Shown here: positions 8,376 through 16,150 of the stretch, in pieces | Position numbering within the stretch: position 1 is the first letter of the stretch | Layout: every line of letters starts with the position of its first letter | Virus record (IMG/VR): IMGVR_UViG_3300024346_000043 | DNA from: an uncultured virus (IMG/VR IMGVR_UViG_3300024346_000043) | Lineage: Duplodnaviria > Heunggongvirae > Uroviricota > Caudoviricetes | DNA: 20,000 nt | Strand: one strand, 5' to 3' | Position numbers and translations under genes: made by a program | Notes under the pieces: generated by a model | The model's database searches: none | Told to the model about the DNA's origin: nothing | The model's input: the letters and a program-made list of their open reading frames with translations, nothing else

Positions 8376-11300
8376 TTATCTCCTTGCAACAGCAGGTTTA
8401 TTACCATAGTTGCTTGATAGTGATTGTTGAACGGAACTTCCAGGGCGTGAAAGTTCACTAGCAACCATATCGCCTACGATTACTTCAATTCGGCGATTTC
8501 CACGTGAATCAGTAGTTTCCTTAGTTGTAGCTTTTTCGTTTCCGTAATTGTTAACAACTACGTCTACATTGCCACCACTATTGCCAGGCCCTCGAACTCC
8601 AAGATTGCCATTGCTATCGCGCTTTAGGGGCATAATGGCTTCTGGTCCTGCTTCACCCATTAGTCCAGTACCTTGTGCAAATTTAAATAGTGTAGGTTGA
8701 TTTACAACTGAGTTTGTAAACATTCCGCCTTGAGCAAAAGTTCTAAGTCCAGTGTCGTATGCTCCACCTTTAGCTAAAGAATTACCCATTACGCTGCCGC
8801 CAACTAAATCTACTAATCTAGAAGGATCTGCTGTAATTGAGCCTACTCCGCCGGTAAACATATTCATCATACCTTGCAATCCTCCTACACCTTTGAAAAG
8901 TGAAGACATTTGCGCACGTAGTTCAAATCGGATTAACTCTACTATCATTGAATCCACTAAACCTTTAAAGTCAAGCTTACCGGTTCTAGCAAAATCAGCT
9001 AAAGCATCTGCCATACTTTGGAAACTGCCTTCTACAATTTTGGAGAAACCAGTCATCTTACTACCTAACTTTTCATTTAGGTCAATTGCATTTAGCTTTT
9101 GCTTATTAGTAGCATCTAATGCTGTGCTTTGTGCAGCTATAGACCTAGTCATCTCATCTACTGATTCGCGCTTTTCAGTTGCTGTTAAAATACCGTCAGA
9201 CTCAATATCTTGTATTTCTTTCTCAAGCAAAGATTTTTTAGCTATTTGTTGGTTTATAAGAGTTTGTCCTTCTGCAGTTTCTCTACCTACACGACTTCTG
9301 TCTAAATCAGCTTTTTCTTTAACAAACTCAAAACTAGTAACTAAACCAAGTTCTTTTCTGTAGTTTAATTCGTCTTCTGCTTGTTGACCTCTGGCATCAG
9401 CTGTGGTTTTTGCAAATCCTGCTAATTTTTGTTCTATGTCAAGACGTGCTTCTAATAATTTTAAAGCGTCTTGTAAACCTTTGTTTTCTTTTTCTTTTTC
9501 TTGTCTCTGAGTAACTAGTGCTAACTCTGTTTGTTTTAAAGCAATGCTTTTAGTATTATCTCTCTTTTTATCTTCTTCAAGTAGTACAAGCTCATCTGTA
9601 ATCTTTTTCAGTTCAAGTGCAAACTTATTTTCAAGCTTTTTATTTTCAAGAGTTGTAGTTGCTAAAACATTTTGTTCTGTTGAAAAACCAACTAAACTGT
9701 TAATTATACCTACTCTAGCTAAGTCTTGATCTAGTAATGCTTCGTTTAGTGCGCTAAGTTTAGTTGCAACATCAAGCTCAGTTGTTTTTAATTTAAGTCT
9801 GTCTGCTATAGGTTTGTTATCATTTTCTTCTTTTTGACGCTCTCTAACTAACACTAAAAGTTTATTTAGTGTGTCGGCTTCGTCTCTGCCTTTATCTGTT
9901 CCGAGAGCTTGTGCATTAGTAATAGCTGTAGTATATCCTTCTATTTCTTGTAACTGCTTAGATTTTATAGATGTATTTTCTAAATCTATTTTTTCTTGTA
10001 CTCGTTGCGTGGCGTTAAGTGTGTCAATACTAGTTAAAATATCAAGTCCGGCTATTTTTTGTTGATTAATTTCGTTTCGAAGATTACGTTCTTTGTTTAA
10101 ATCGTCTAATCTTCCAAGTGCTGCTGCTCTGGCACCTTCGATCTCGTTAGCTTTACTTTTTCCGCCAAGTTCTGTTCTATTAGCTTCTTGAGCAGCAGTC
10201 TCTATTTGAACTTTTCCAATGTCTCGTAATAAAAATGCATCTACGTTTTTATCACCAGTTAGTCTGCTTTGTAAGTTAGATGTTTTTAACTTACCAGACT
10301 CTACGTCTTTCATTGCATTTTTAAATATACCTGCTGCTAATAGTTGGTCAGCTTTACCTTTTTGTACTGCTTCTGATTTATTATCGTTTTTAGCTTGAAT
10401 TAAATCAAGCATGGCAGTGTTTTCAGCCAAAGTTGCTGTTAATAATGTTTGACTAGTTATTAACCCAATAGTAGATTGGATTTGATTCATTTGAATCTTT
10501 ATTTCTTCTTGCTTTAGTCTAGTAGTTTCTTGTGCAGCTCGTTCGCCTGTTAAAGCACCTATACCTGCTTGTGCAATAGTTAATGCAGCTTTTGCGGAAG
10601 CTTGGCCTAAGGCTATTTTTATATAGTCTGAACCTTTTTCAAAAGCGTAAGTAACACCTTTAATAAATAAATCTTTAGCTTGTATAAAACTTTTTGTGTC
10701 TAAGCCTACTAAAATATCTTTTTTTGCTTTTTTATCTTGTTCAAGTAAATCTATTTCACTAGTAAAAGCAGCTCTTTTGCTTTCTGCACTAATTGTTTGA
10801 TATACTGATGAACCCCGAGGACCCAGCATGCCTGGTACCACTTCGCGAGTATCTTTAGCATTTTTTCTTTGCTGTGTTTTCTTATCTATTTGGGCTTGTA
10901 TCTTATTAATTTGTTGTTCGTATGCAGAATATTTTTCTAAAGTAGTTTGAAATTCTTGACGTATTGTAACAAATTGTGCTATAAATTCAGGACCAAACTG
11001 CGCTATTTTCTTAGGAGTACTTGCTAAATCATTAAAAGCAGCATTTATTTGTCTCATACTTTTATTTGATAGCTTATCCATTGATACTGATACGTCTTGT
11101 AAAGCGGCCCCTATTTTAAATAAAGGGTTTGAGGAAGCTGTAGACTGAATAAACTCTTCGTAGGCTTTTGTTACAGCATCTGTAGAAGTTTTAAACTCTT
11201 GAAGTGTAGCACTGGTTTCTTTTAAAGTGACGTCTAGTGCTTTAGCTGTTTTTGCATATTCTTTTTGAGCAATATTACTCTTTTTAAATTTTTCAGCTAC

Positions 11301-13469
11301 AGTATCAAAATCTAAGCTATCTACACCTATTGCTTTCTTAAATTTTGCTTCTGCGTCTTCGCCCATACCAGCTGTACGAAATAACTCTAATTGTGATTGT
11401 ACTATTTCCGCGAGTTGCTTAGCAGATTTTGTTGCAACGTCTCCACCCCATACACTAGCGATACGATCTTTTGCGCGATCCCACCCACTACTATTTAATG
11501 CTTTTAACAAAACTTTTGTAGCATCTAGTTGTGCTTCAATTGAGCTTGTTGCAGTACTACTTGCATTAGATAATGCTAAAAATCCTTGGATTGAAGCTGT
11601 AGCTATGCCTGGCTCTTTTGCAAGTTTATCTAAAGTTCTGGTTGTATTATCAACCGCATCTGAGGTAGCCTGTATAGCCTTACTAAAAGCATCTGATTCT
11701 TTTTCTGTTTTTGTAAGAAACGAATCAAATAAGAGAAAAGCTCCAACTGCTGCTCCTATAGCCATGCCTATATTGCCAAATGCCGAAATAAGGGAGCCAA
11801 TTTTTTGGGCTACTATACCAATTGTTCCAGACATAAGTGTAAGACCTGCTTGAAACGCACCCATTTTAGGAGCGGGTTTCATAACTGCATCACCATTCTT
11901 TTCAGTACCAATTTGTACCATTAATTTGCCAGCCATGGCTTTCTTAGTTTCTTCTGTTAATTTAGTATAAGCTGTTCTAGCTCCATAAACTGCTTGAGTT
12001 TCTGCAGCTGTAGATCTAATGCTATCACTTGCTAATTTATTTAATGTACGTTTTTGTATAATATCATTAGAATAGGGTGTACTAAGCACGCCTGTACCTT
12101 TATTTAAAGCAACAGCCCGACTTGTTAATTCAGCATTTTCAGCACCCGCACGTATTGCTTTTAATTCAGCAATGTGTGCTTTAAGTCTGGCAGCTTCTTC
12201 GGAATTTCGTTTAGCTAAATCGTTAGCACGACGATCTAAAGATTTTATTTCTGCAGCTGTAAGAGCAAACGGATCTTTACCAGCTAATGCAGCATAGTCC
12301 GTTTTGTTAGTTTTACTAAAAGTACTGCTATTTTTTGAAAGTTCTTGAATTTTGCTTTGTGTAGTTGCTGACTTTCTATAAGCTTTTTCAGCAGCTGCAC
12401 CTGCGGCTGCCGCTCCCAGGCCTATTTGTTCTTGCTGATCGGCGTACATAGCACTAAAAGTCATACGACTTGCGTCAGCGGTTTTCTTTAAATTATCTCG
12501 GTATTGTCCTAAAGCAGGAATAGCACTTTTAATTATTGATGCACCTATTGCTGCTAAAACTCCAAGCAATATTGTAGGATTTTGAGACAAGACATTAACT
12601 AATGGTACAAAAGCTTTGTTAGTAATTTCTAATGCTACGAAACTTAAGTCTTTTAAACTGGCTAAAAGTTTGTCGTAGGGATTAGCTGCTACTTCAATAG
12701 AATTAAATTTGTCTAGGCCTTCTTTTAGCACAGCGTTAGCAAATGCTTGGCGTCTTTCAAAATCTGTTAAGCTACCTGTAGCTTTGCCTATGCTACGCGC
12801 ATAGTTTTCGGTAGCAGGGCCTATTTTTGTAAATAAACCAAGTTCGTCTAATAACTCAGGTTCTAGTTTTGAAATACCGCGAGTTAGGCGACTAATAGCG
12901 TCAGGCATACCAATACCTAAAGCTTTAGACGCTTTGTTTGCAACTAAACCAAGGTCATTCATTTGTTTAGCGGTTAAACCTGCGGCTGTACCTTTTGTAG
13001 TAGCTTCCATTGCTTCGCGCATACTAATTGCGCCATCGGTAGCTAGCATTAAATTCTTAGCAATAGTACCTAGTGCCATTCCACTAGAAGCACCTAATTG
13101 ATTCATACCTTGAATCATGTTTGAAGTATCCGCAGCATCACTTAATGCGCGGAAAGCAGCTCCAGCTGCAAACACGTTAGCAGCATAAGTAGCATATAGA
13201 CGTACTAATCCATCAAGCCCACGAGCCTGGTTTGCAAAGTCTCGTCCTGAGGCACCTGTGGCACCGGCACTACCTCTGGCAATATCATATTCAGTGTTAC
13301 CCATTGCGGCTTTTTTATAACCACCACCACCACCAACACCAACACCCTTACTCATCGCTTTATCAAATGAGTCAAAGGTTCCTCTAGCCTTTTTGAGCTT
13401 ATTGTCAATCTTCTCAATGGTTCCTAGGTCGTCTAGCTTAACTTGTAAAACTGTTGTATCAATACTCAT
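8376..13469 (-). CDS. Tail tape measure protein
   Basis: 1697 aa, Ala/Lys/Leu-rich and coiled-coil-like. The N-terminus resembles T5 pb2 (GLVRLYATYAANVFAAGAAF; RGISKLEPELLDELG). Hydrophobic segments ILLGVLAAIGASII and IGMAIGAAVGAFLLF. The C-terminus is lambda gpH-like (GKLDFKGLVDSM; AQGG; MGEAGPEAIMPL). SD CAGGAG 5 nt before the ATG. It follows the chaperone pair. Confidence 0.93.
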   Translation of the reverse strand: MSIDTTVLQVKLDDLGTIEKIDNKLKKARGTFDSFDKAMSKGVGVGGGGGYKKAAMGNTEYDIARGSAGATGASGRDFANQARGLDGLVRLYATYAANVFAAGAAFRALSDAADTSNMIQGMNQLGASSGMALGTIAKNLMLATDGAISMREAMEATTKGTAAGLTAKQMNDLGLVANKASKALGIGMPDAISRLTRGISKLEPELLDELGLFTKIGPATENYARSIGKATGSLTDFERRQAFANAVLKEGLDKFNSIEVAANPYDKLLASLKDLSFVALEITNKAFVPLVNVLSQNPTILLGVLAAIGASIIKSAIPALGQYRDNLKKTADASRMTFSAMYADQQEQIGLGAAAAGAAAEKAYRKSATTQSKIQELSKNSSTFSKTNKTDYAALAGKDPFALTAAEIKSLDRRANDLAKRNSEEAARLKAHIAELKAIRAGAENAELTSRAVALNKGTGVLSTPYSNDIIQKRTLNKLASDSIRSTAAETQAVYGARTAYTKLTEETKKAMAGKLMVQIGTEKNGDAVMKPAPKMGAFQAGLTLMSGTIGIVAQKIGSLISAFGNIGMAIGAAVGAFLLFDSFLTKTEKESDAFSKAIQATSDAVDNTTRTLDKLAKEPGIATASIQGFLALSNASSTATSSIEAQLDATKVLLKALNSSGWDRAKDRIASVWGGDVATKSAKQLAEIVQSQLELFRTAGMGEDAEAKFKKAIGVDSLDFDTVAEKFKKSNIAQKEYAKTAKALDVTLKETSATLQEFKTSTDAVTKAYEEFIQSTASSNPLFKIGAALQDVSVSMDKLSNKSMRQINAAFNDLASTPKKIAQFGPEFIAQFVTIRQEFQTTLEKYSAYEQQINKIQAQIDKKTQQRKNAKDTREVVPGMLGPRGSSVYQTISAESKRAAFTSEIDLLEQDKKAKKDILVGLDTKSFIQAKDLFIKGVTYAFEKGSDYIKIALGQASAKAALTIAQAGIGALTGERAAQETTRLKQEEIKIQMNQIQSTIGLITSQTLLTATLAENTAMLDLIQAKNDNKSEAVQKGKADQLLAAGIFKNAMKDVESGKLKTSNLQSRLTGDKNVDAFLLRDIGKVQIETAAQEANRTELGGKSKANEIEGARAAALGRLDDLNKERNLRNEINQQKIAGLDILTSIDTLNATQRVQEKIDLENTSIKSKQLQEIEGYTTAITNAQALGTDKGRDEADTLNKLLVLVRERQKEENDNKPIADRLKLKTTELDVATKLSALNEALLDQDLARVGIINSLVGFSTEQNVLATTTLENKKLENKFALELKKITDELVLLEEDKKRDNTKSIALKQTELALVTQRQEKEKENKGLQDALKLLEARLDIEQKLAGFAKTTADARGQQAEDELNYRKELGLVTSFEFVKEKADLDRSRVGRETAEGQTLINQQIAKKSLLEKEIQDIESDGILTATEKRESVDEMTRSIAAQSTALDATNKQKLNAIDLNEKLGSKMTGFSKIVEGSFQSMADALADFARTGKLDFKGLVDSMIVELIRFELRAQMSSLFKGVGGLQGMMNMFTGGVGSITADPSRLVDLVGGSVMGNSLAKGGAYDTGLRTFAQGGMFTNSVVNQPTLFKFAQGTGLMGEAGPEAIMPLKRDSNGNLGVRGPGNSGGNVDVVVNNYGNEKATTKETTDSRGNRRIEVIVGDMVASELSRPGSSVQQSLSSNYGNKPAVARR

Positions 13470-13522
13470 GCTTACTCCTGTTCGGATATTACCAAAATTT
13501 TTTGATAACTTAACTAGAGATC

Positions 13523-13565
13523 ATTATACCATGTGACCACGCAGTTGTCAAACCAAAAAATTTTT
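13523..13565 (-). promoter_or_regulatory. Consensus sigma70 promoter with extended -10 and A/T-rich UP-like tract, upstream of the tape measure gene
   Basis: Minus strand: AAAAATTTTTTGGT-TTGACA (13551-13546), 17-nt spacer ending TGG, TATAAT (13528-13523). Both hexamers are perfect and the TGn motif is present. Confidence 0.9.
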
Positions 13566-13570
13566 AACGC

Positions 13571-13601
13571 AAAAAAGCCCGCTAATTTTAATTAGCAGGC
13601 T
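13571..13601 (-). terminator. Rho-independent terminator after the tail chaperone genes
   Basis: Minus strand: GCCTGCTAAT-TAAA-ATTAGCGGGC followed by TTTTTT. This is a 10-bp stem with one G-U pair. The stop codon of the upstream ORF lies in the loop. Confidence 0.85.
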
Positions 13602-13944
13602 CTTGTGTCTTTTTCTTATTATTGATTTCATCTGATCTAATATTATCAATTACGCGTATTAGCATAACTATAAATTTTTGCTCAGATGCTTCAACCTCTG
13701 TTGCTTCTAAAACATCTTTAATACCTATAAGAGATTTTCCTAAGTAGTTTCCATTCATAAAATCCCATTCATCTCGCAGCATTCTATACGCATTAAACGC
13801 TTGCTGCACTTCAAATGGAAAATCATCAAATTCAACCGGAATTTCAGACTCTACAGGTTCACTGCCTAATGCTTCACACATTTCAAAATATGCATCTTTG
13901 GTCATTGACACACTCATATTTTGAATATAGTTGACCAACTGCAA
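13588..13944 (-). CDS. Tail assembly chaperone, gpT-like part (T5 p138-like); probably expressed as the C-terminal part of a -1 frameshift fusion
   Basis: 118 aa from a TTG with no SD; an alternative ATG is at 13917. Motifs MTKDAYFEMCEALGSEP and LRDEWDFMNGNYLGK resemble the T5-like chaperone. The frame is open back to the slippery site at 13974-13980. Confidence 0.8.
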   Translation of the reverse strand: MQLVNYIQNMSVSMTKDAYFEMCEALGSEPVESEIPVEFDDFPFEVQQAFNAYRMLRDEWDFMNGNYLGKSLIGIKDVLEATEVEASEQKFIVMLIRVIDNIRSDEINNKKKTQEPAN

Positions 13945-13980
13945 GTTTACTTGCTGGAGCTGGTCGTCGAAAAGTTTCCC
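13933..13980 (-). promoter_or_regulatory. Programmed -1 ribosomal frameshift signal (slippery heptamer G GGA AAC plus downstream hairpin)
   Basis: In-frame X XXY YYZ heptamer at 13980-13974 (TTG GGA AAC = L131-G132-N133). An 8-nt spacer is followed by the stem GACCAGCT-(CCA)-GCAAG-TAAA-CTTGC-AGTTGGTC (13965-13933). The -1 frame reads LFDDQLQQVNLQLVNYIQNM directly into the downstream ORF. Confidence 0.85.
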
Positions 13981-14372
13981 AAGTCTGTGACCTGTTCGCT
14001 AATAAATGCATCAAAGTTACTGGAGTTTTTCATTAAGTATAGTGCATTTTCTGCGCTGTAACCTAAGTCTGCTCCCATGTCTTGTTCTTTTAAGTCGACT
14101 GGTGCTAGTTGTTCAAGATAAGTCAGTTTAAAACCGGACCATCCTTTAACAGCATTTTCAACGTAAAGTTGTAGAAATAAATCTTCGTTAAATTCTTCAG
14201 AAGCTTGACGATTTTTAAAGGTAGTCTTAGTAGACTTTTTGCGAATTGACAGAAGTGTTTCGCGAGATAAAAATGCCAAATCAATCATAAAACCAGGCAT
14301 ACCAGGATATTCAACCTGTACTGATTTTGAAGGAACTAACAGTGTTTTTAAAGAGAGAGTATTAATAGTCAT
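13947..14372 (-). CDS. Tail assembly chaperone, gpG-like (T5 p139-like)
   Basis: 141 aa between the tail tube gene and the TMP. Motifs VEYPGMPGF, AVKGWSG, YSAENALYLMKNS and C-terminal DLGNF. Confidence 0.85.
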   Translation of the reverse strand: MTINTLSLKTLLVPSKSVQVEYPGMPGFMIDLAFLSRETLLSIRKKSTKTTFKNRQASEEFNEDLFLQLYVENAVKGWSGFKLTYLEQLAPVDLKEQDMGADLGYSAENALYLMKNSSNFDAFISEQVTDLGNFSTTSSSK

Positions 14373-14386
14373 TTTATAATAAGATT

Positions 14387-14418
14387 AAAAAGAGAGACTG
14401 GAGATCAACCCGGCCTCT
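14387..14418 (-). terminator. Probable weak (leaky) intrinsic terminator after the tail tube gene
   Basis: Minus strand: AGAGGCCGGG-TTGATC-TCCAGTCTCT then CTTTTT. The stem has one mismatch and two G-U pairs. Confidence 0.55.
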
Positions 14419-14431
14419 ATGAAAATGCAAC

Positions 14432-15625
14432 TTATACGGTTGTATTAGTTGCGAAGTATTTAACTTCTAATTCATTCTTAGCTTCAAGGTCATATGCACC
14501 AGAAGTAGCACCTTGAGCAGTCATGGTAATAGAAGTAGCAATAATTTGTTCAGAAGTAATAGAAGGAATAGTCAACTGAGCAGTAGGAATATTTAGCACA
14601 ACTTTGTTTGTATTAAGTGTTCCACCTAGTGAAATTTCTGCTGCAAACTTATTTTCAGTACTTGAAGAACTGGCTACCAACATATCTTTCAGCAGTGTTG
14701 AGCTTTCGTTAGTTCCTGTTTTTAGGTAGCAAGTAACTGTTGATGTAACAGCGCGTGTACCTGTAAAATAAGTAATAGGTTGATTAACCACACCCAAATT
14801 AGCAGGTGTTAAGAATGTTAAATTATTGCTAATCGTTAAGTTTCCACCTGTTAAAGCAAGTGTATAAGCTTTAGCACTTAAACCACCAAAAGCTAATGAA
14901 GAAAGTGTCAGTGTAGACAACTTATTAGCAATGTAAGCGGCAGTAGTATCTTTTGATTTTGCAGCACCACCTAAACCACCGCTTAAAGTAGTTGTACCAG
15001 AACTATCAGCTAAAGTTACTGCAGTGGCAACTTGGCGCATTGTAGTACCTTTACCCGCCCAGGTAATAGAAGCAATAGCATCTAAACCGAAGTCAAGAGT
15101 AGCAGAATCAATAGCGCAATTATCAATAACATAAGTTACGTCTTCAAAGCGAATAATCAATCCAAAGGCTAGCAATTGGTGAGCATTAGAGTTTCCAAAT
15201 GCTACTGTTGCGTAAGGAGGTGCAAATGTACTAGACTTTGTCCAGCCAGCTCCTGCGGAACCGATTGCAGCTGTACCAGATAAAGAGTTCCAAAGAACTG
15301 CTTCTTCTGCGCCAATATAGTCGTCAGAATCGAGACCAACAGTGCTTGTGGCACCTTCCTCAAACTTAGGACGAATATAAGTAGCAAAACTGAAATCTAC
15401 TGGCTCTAGCGAAGTGTTAAAACTGCGCTGACCACGAATAGGTGCTGGACCTGACTCATTTACAGTAACAGTTTCCTGACCTGTGTTTTGTGAAAAAGAG
15501 AATCCATCTTGAACTTGGATTTCTTGTGTGTTTGCGGTAGTGAATCCGGTTGCGGCTACAGCTCCTGTAGCTGTCAAATTAGTTGAATAAAAAACTCGAC
15601 TATTACGAATTAGATTTAATGCCAT
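14432..15625 (-). CDS. Major tail (tail tube) protein, T5 pb6-like
   Basis: 397 aa. The N-terminus MALNLIRNSRVFYST...NTQEIQVQDGFSFSQ...VTVNESGPAPIRGQRSFNTSL...FSFATYIRP and motifs IASITWAG, YIANKLSTL and LTGGNLTISNNLTFLTP match the pb6 family as recalled. SD AAGGA. Confidence 0.9.
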   Translation of the reverse strand: MALNLIRNSRVFYSTNLTATGAVAATGFTTANTQEIQVQDGFSFSQNTGQETVTVNESGPAPIRGQRSFNTSLEPVDFSFATYIRPKFEEGATSTVGLDSDDYIGAEEAVLWNSLSGTAAIGSAGAGWTKSSTFAPPYATVAFGNSNAHQLLAFGLIIRFEDVTYVIDNCAIDSATLDFGLDAIASITWAGKGTTMRQVATAVTLADSSGTTTLSGGLGGAAKSKDTTAAYIANKLSTLTLSSLAFGGLSAKAYTLALTGGNLTISNNLTFLTPANLGVVNQPITYFTGTRAVTSTVTCYLKTGTNESSTLLKDMLVASSSSTENKFAAEISLGGTLNTNKVVLNIPTAQLTIPSITSEQIIATSITMTAQGATSGAYDLEAKNELEVKYFATNTTV

Positions 15626-15709
15626 ACTCTTTCCTTTATGATTTTTGGAAATATTTTAAGCATCGTAACTAGATATTTATCTGTTGTTATGCTTGCGTAA
15701 ATCCGAGAG

Positions 15710-16150
15710 TTATACAAGTGCGTATCGCACTTGTAAGTTGATTTCACCGACACCATAAGGAGTTAATAGTCCTTCATCGGTGGTTATAGACTGAATTAAA
15801 ATTTCAGTTGTTGACAGATTATTAGTAGCATCATATACTAATACACGATTAGCGTCTACTACGTTTTCGAGATCATTTAATAGATCTTCTAATTGCTGTT
15901 GCGTTTCGCTTTCGCTGCGAACATACGCTTTAATGCTAACATTTAAAAATCCCCAGGTAAAATCACCTGGCATGTATTCGCGTATTTCTGAACCTGCTGT
16001 AAGATACACACAGGGGAAGTCTTGTACTTCGTCCCAGAATTTCAGTTTAGGGTAGCTGTTATCGTTTAAATCTGTTTTAAAACTACCCGTACCGTCTATT
16101 ATTTTAAATTTCTCAGCTAGCGCTGTTATAATGCTAATTCTTTTTGTCAT
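15710..16150 (-). CDS. Tail terminator protein (T5 p142-like)
   Basis: 146 aa. Motifs LKFWDEVQDFP, AGSEIREY, LEDLLNDLENV and SITTDEGLLTPYGVGEI. It lies directly upstream of the tail tube gene, with an ATGA overlap. Confidence 0.85.
   Translation of the reverse strand: MTKRISIITALAEKFKIIDGTGSFKTDLNDNSYPKLKFWDEVQDFPCVYLTAGSEIREYMPGDFTWGFLNVSIKAYVRSESETQQQLEDLLNDLENVVDANRVLVYDATNNLSTTEILIQSITTDEGLLTPYGVGEINLQVRYALV

Noticed and set aside
8752..11853. Plus-strand ORFs 8752-9363, 9544-9729, 9871-10065 and 11605-11853
   Set aside because: They are antisense to the tape measure gene. Their Ser/Leu/Phe-rich composition is what reverse-complemented Lys/Glu/Ala codons produce.
13321..13347. GGT/GTT-rich run in the TMP 5' region (GVGVGGGGG)
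   Set aside because: It is a short low-complexity glycine linker, too small to support a functional claim.
13529..13545. TGTGA / GTG-AC-CAC element in the promoter spacer as a CRP-like operator
   Set aside because: Only one half-site matches and the palindrome is 3 bp per arm, which is expected by chance.
15202..15387. Minus-strand 61-aa alternative-frame ORF inside the tail tube gene
   Set aside because: It is short, fully nested and has no motif support.
15674..15701. Possible sigma70 promoter (TTTACG-16 nt-TAAATA) upstream of the tail tube gene
   Set aside because: It is a weak match with suboptimal spacing in AT-rich DNA. The hairpin explains the region better.
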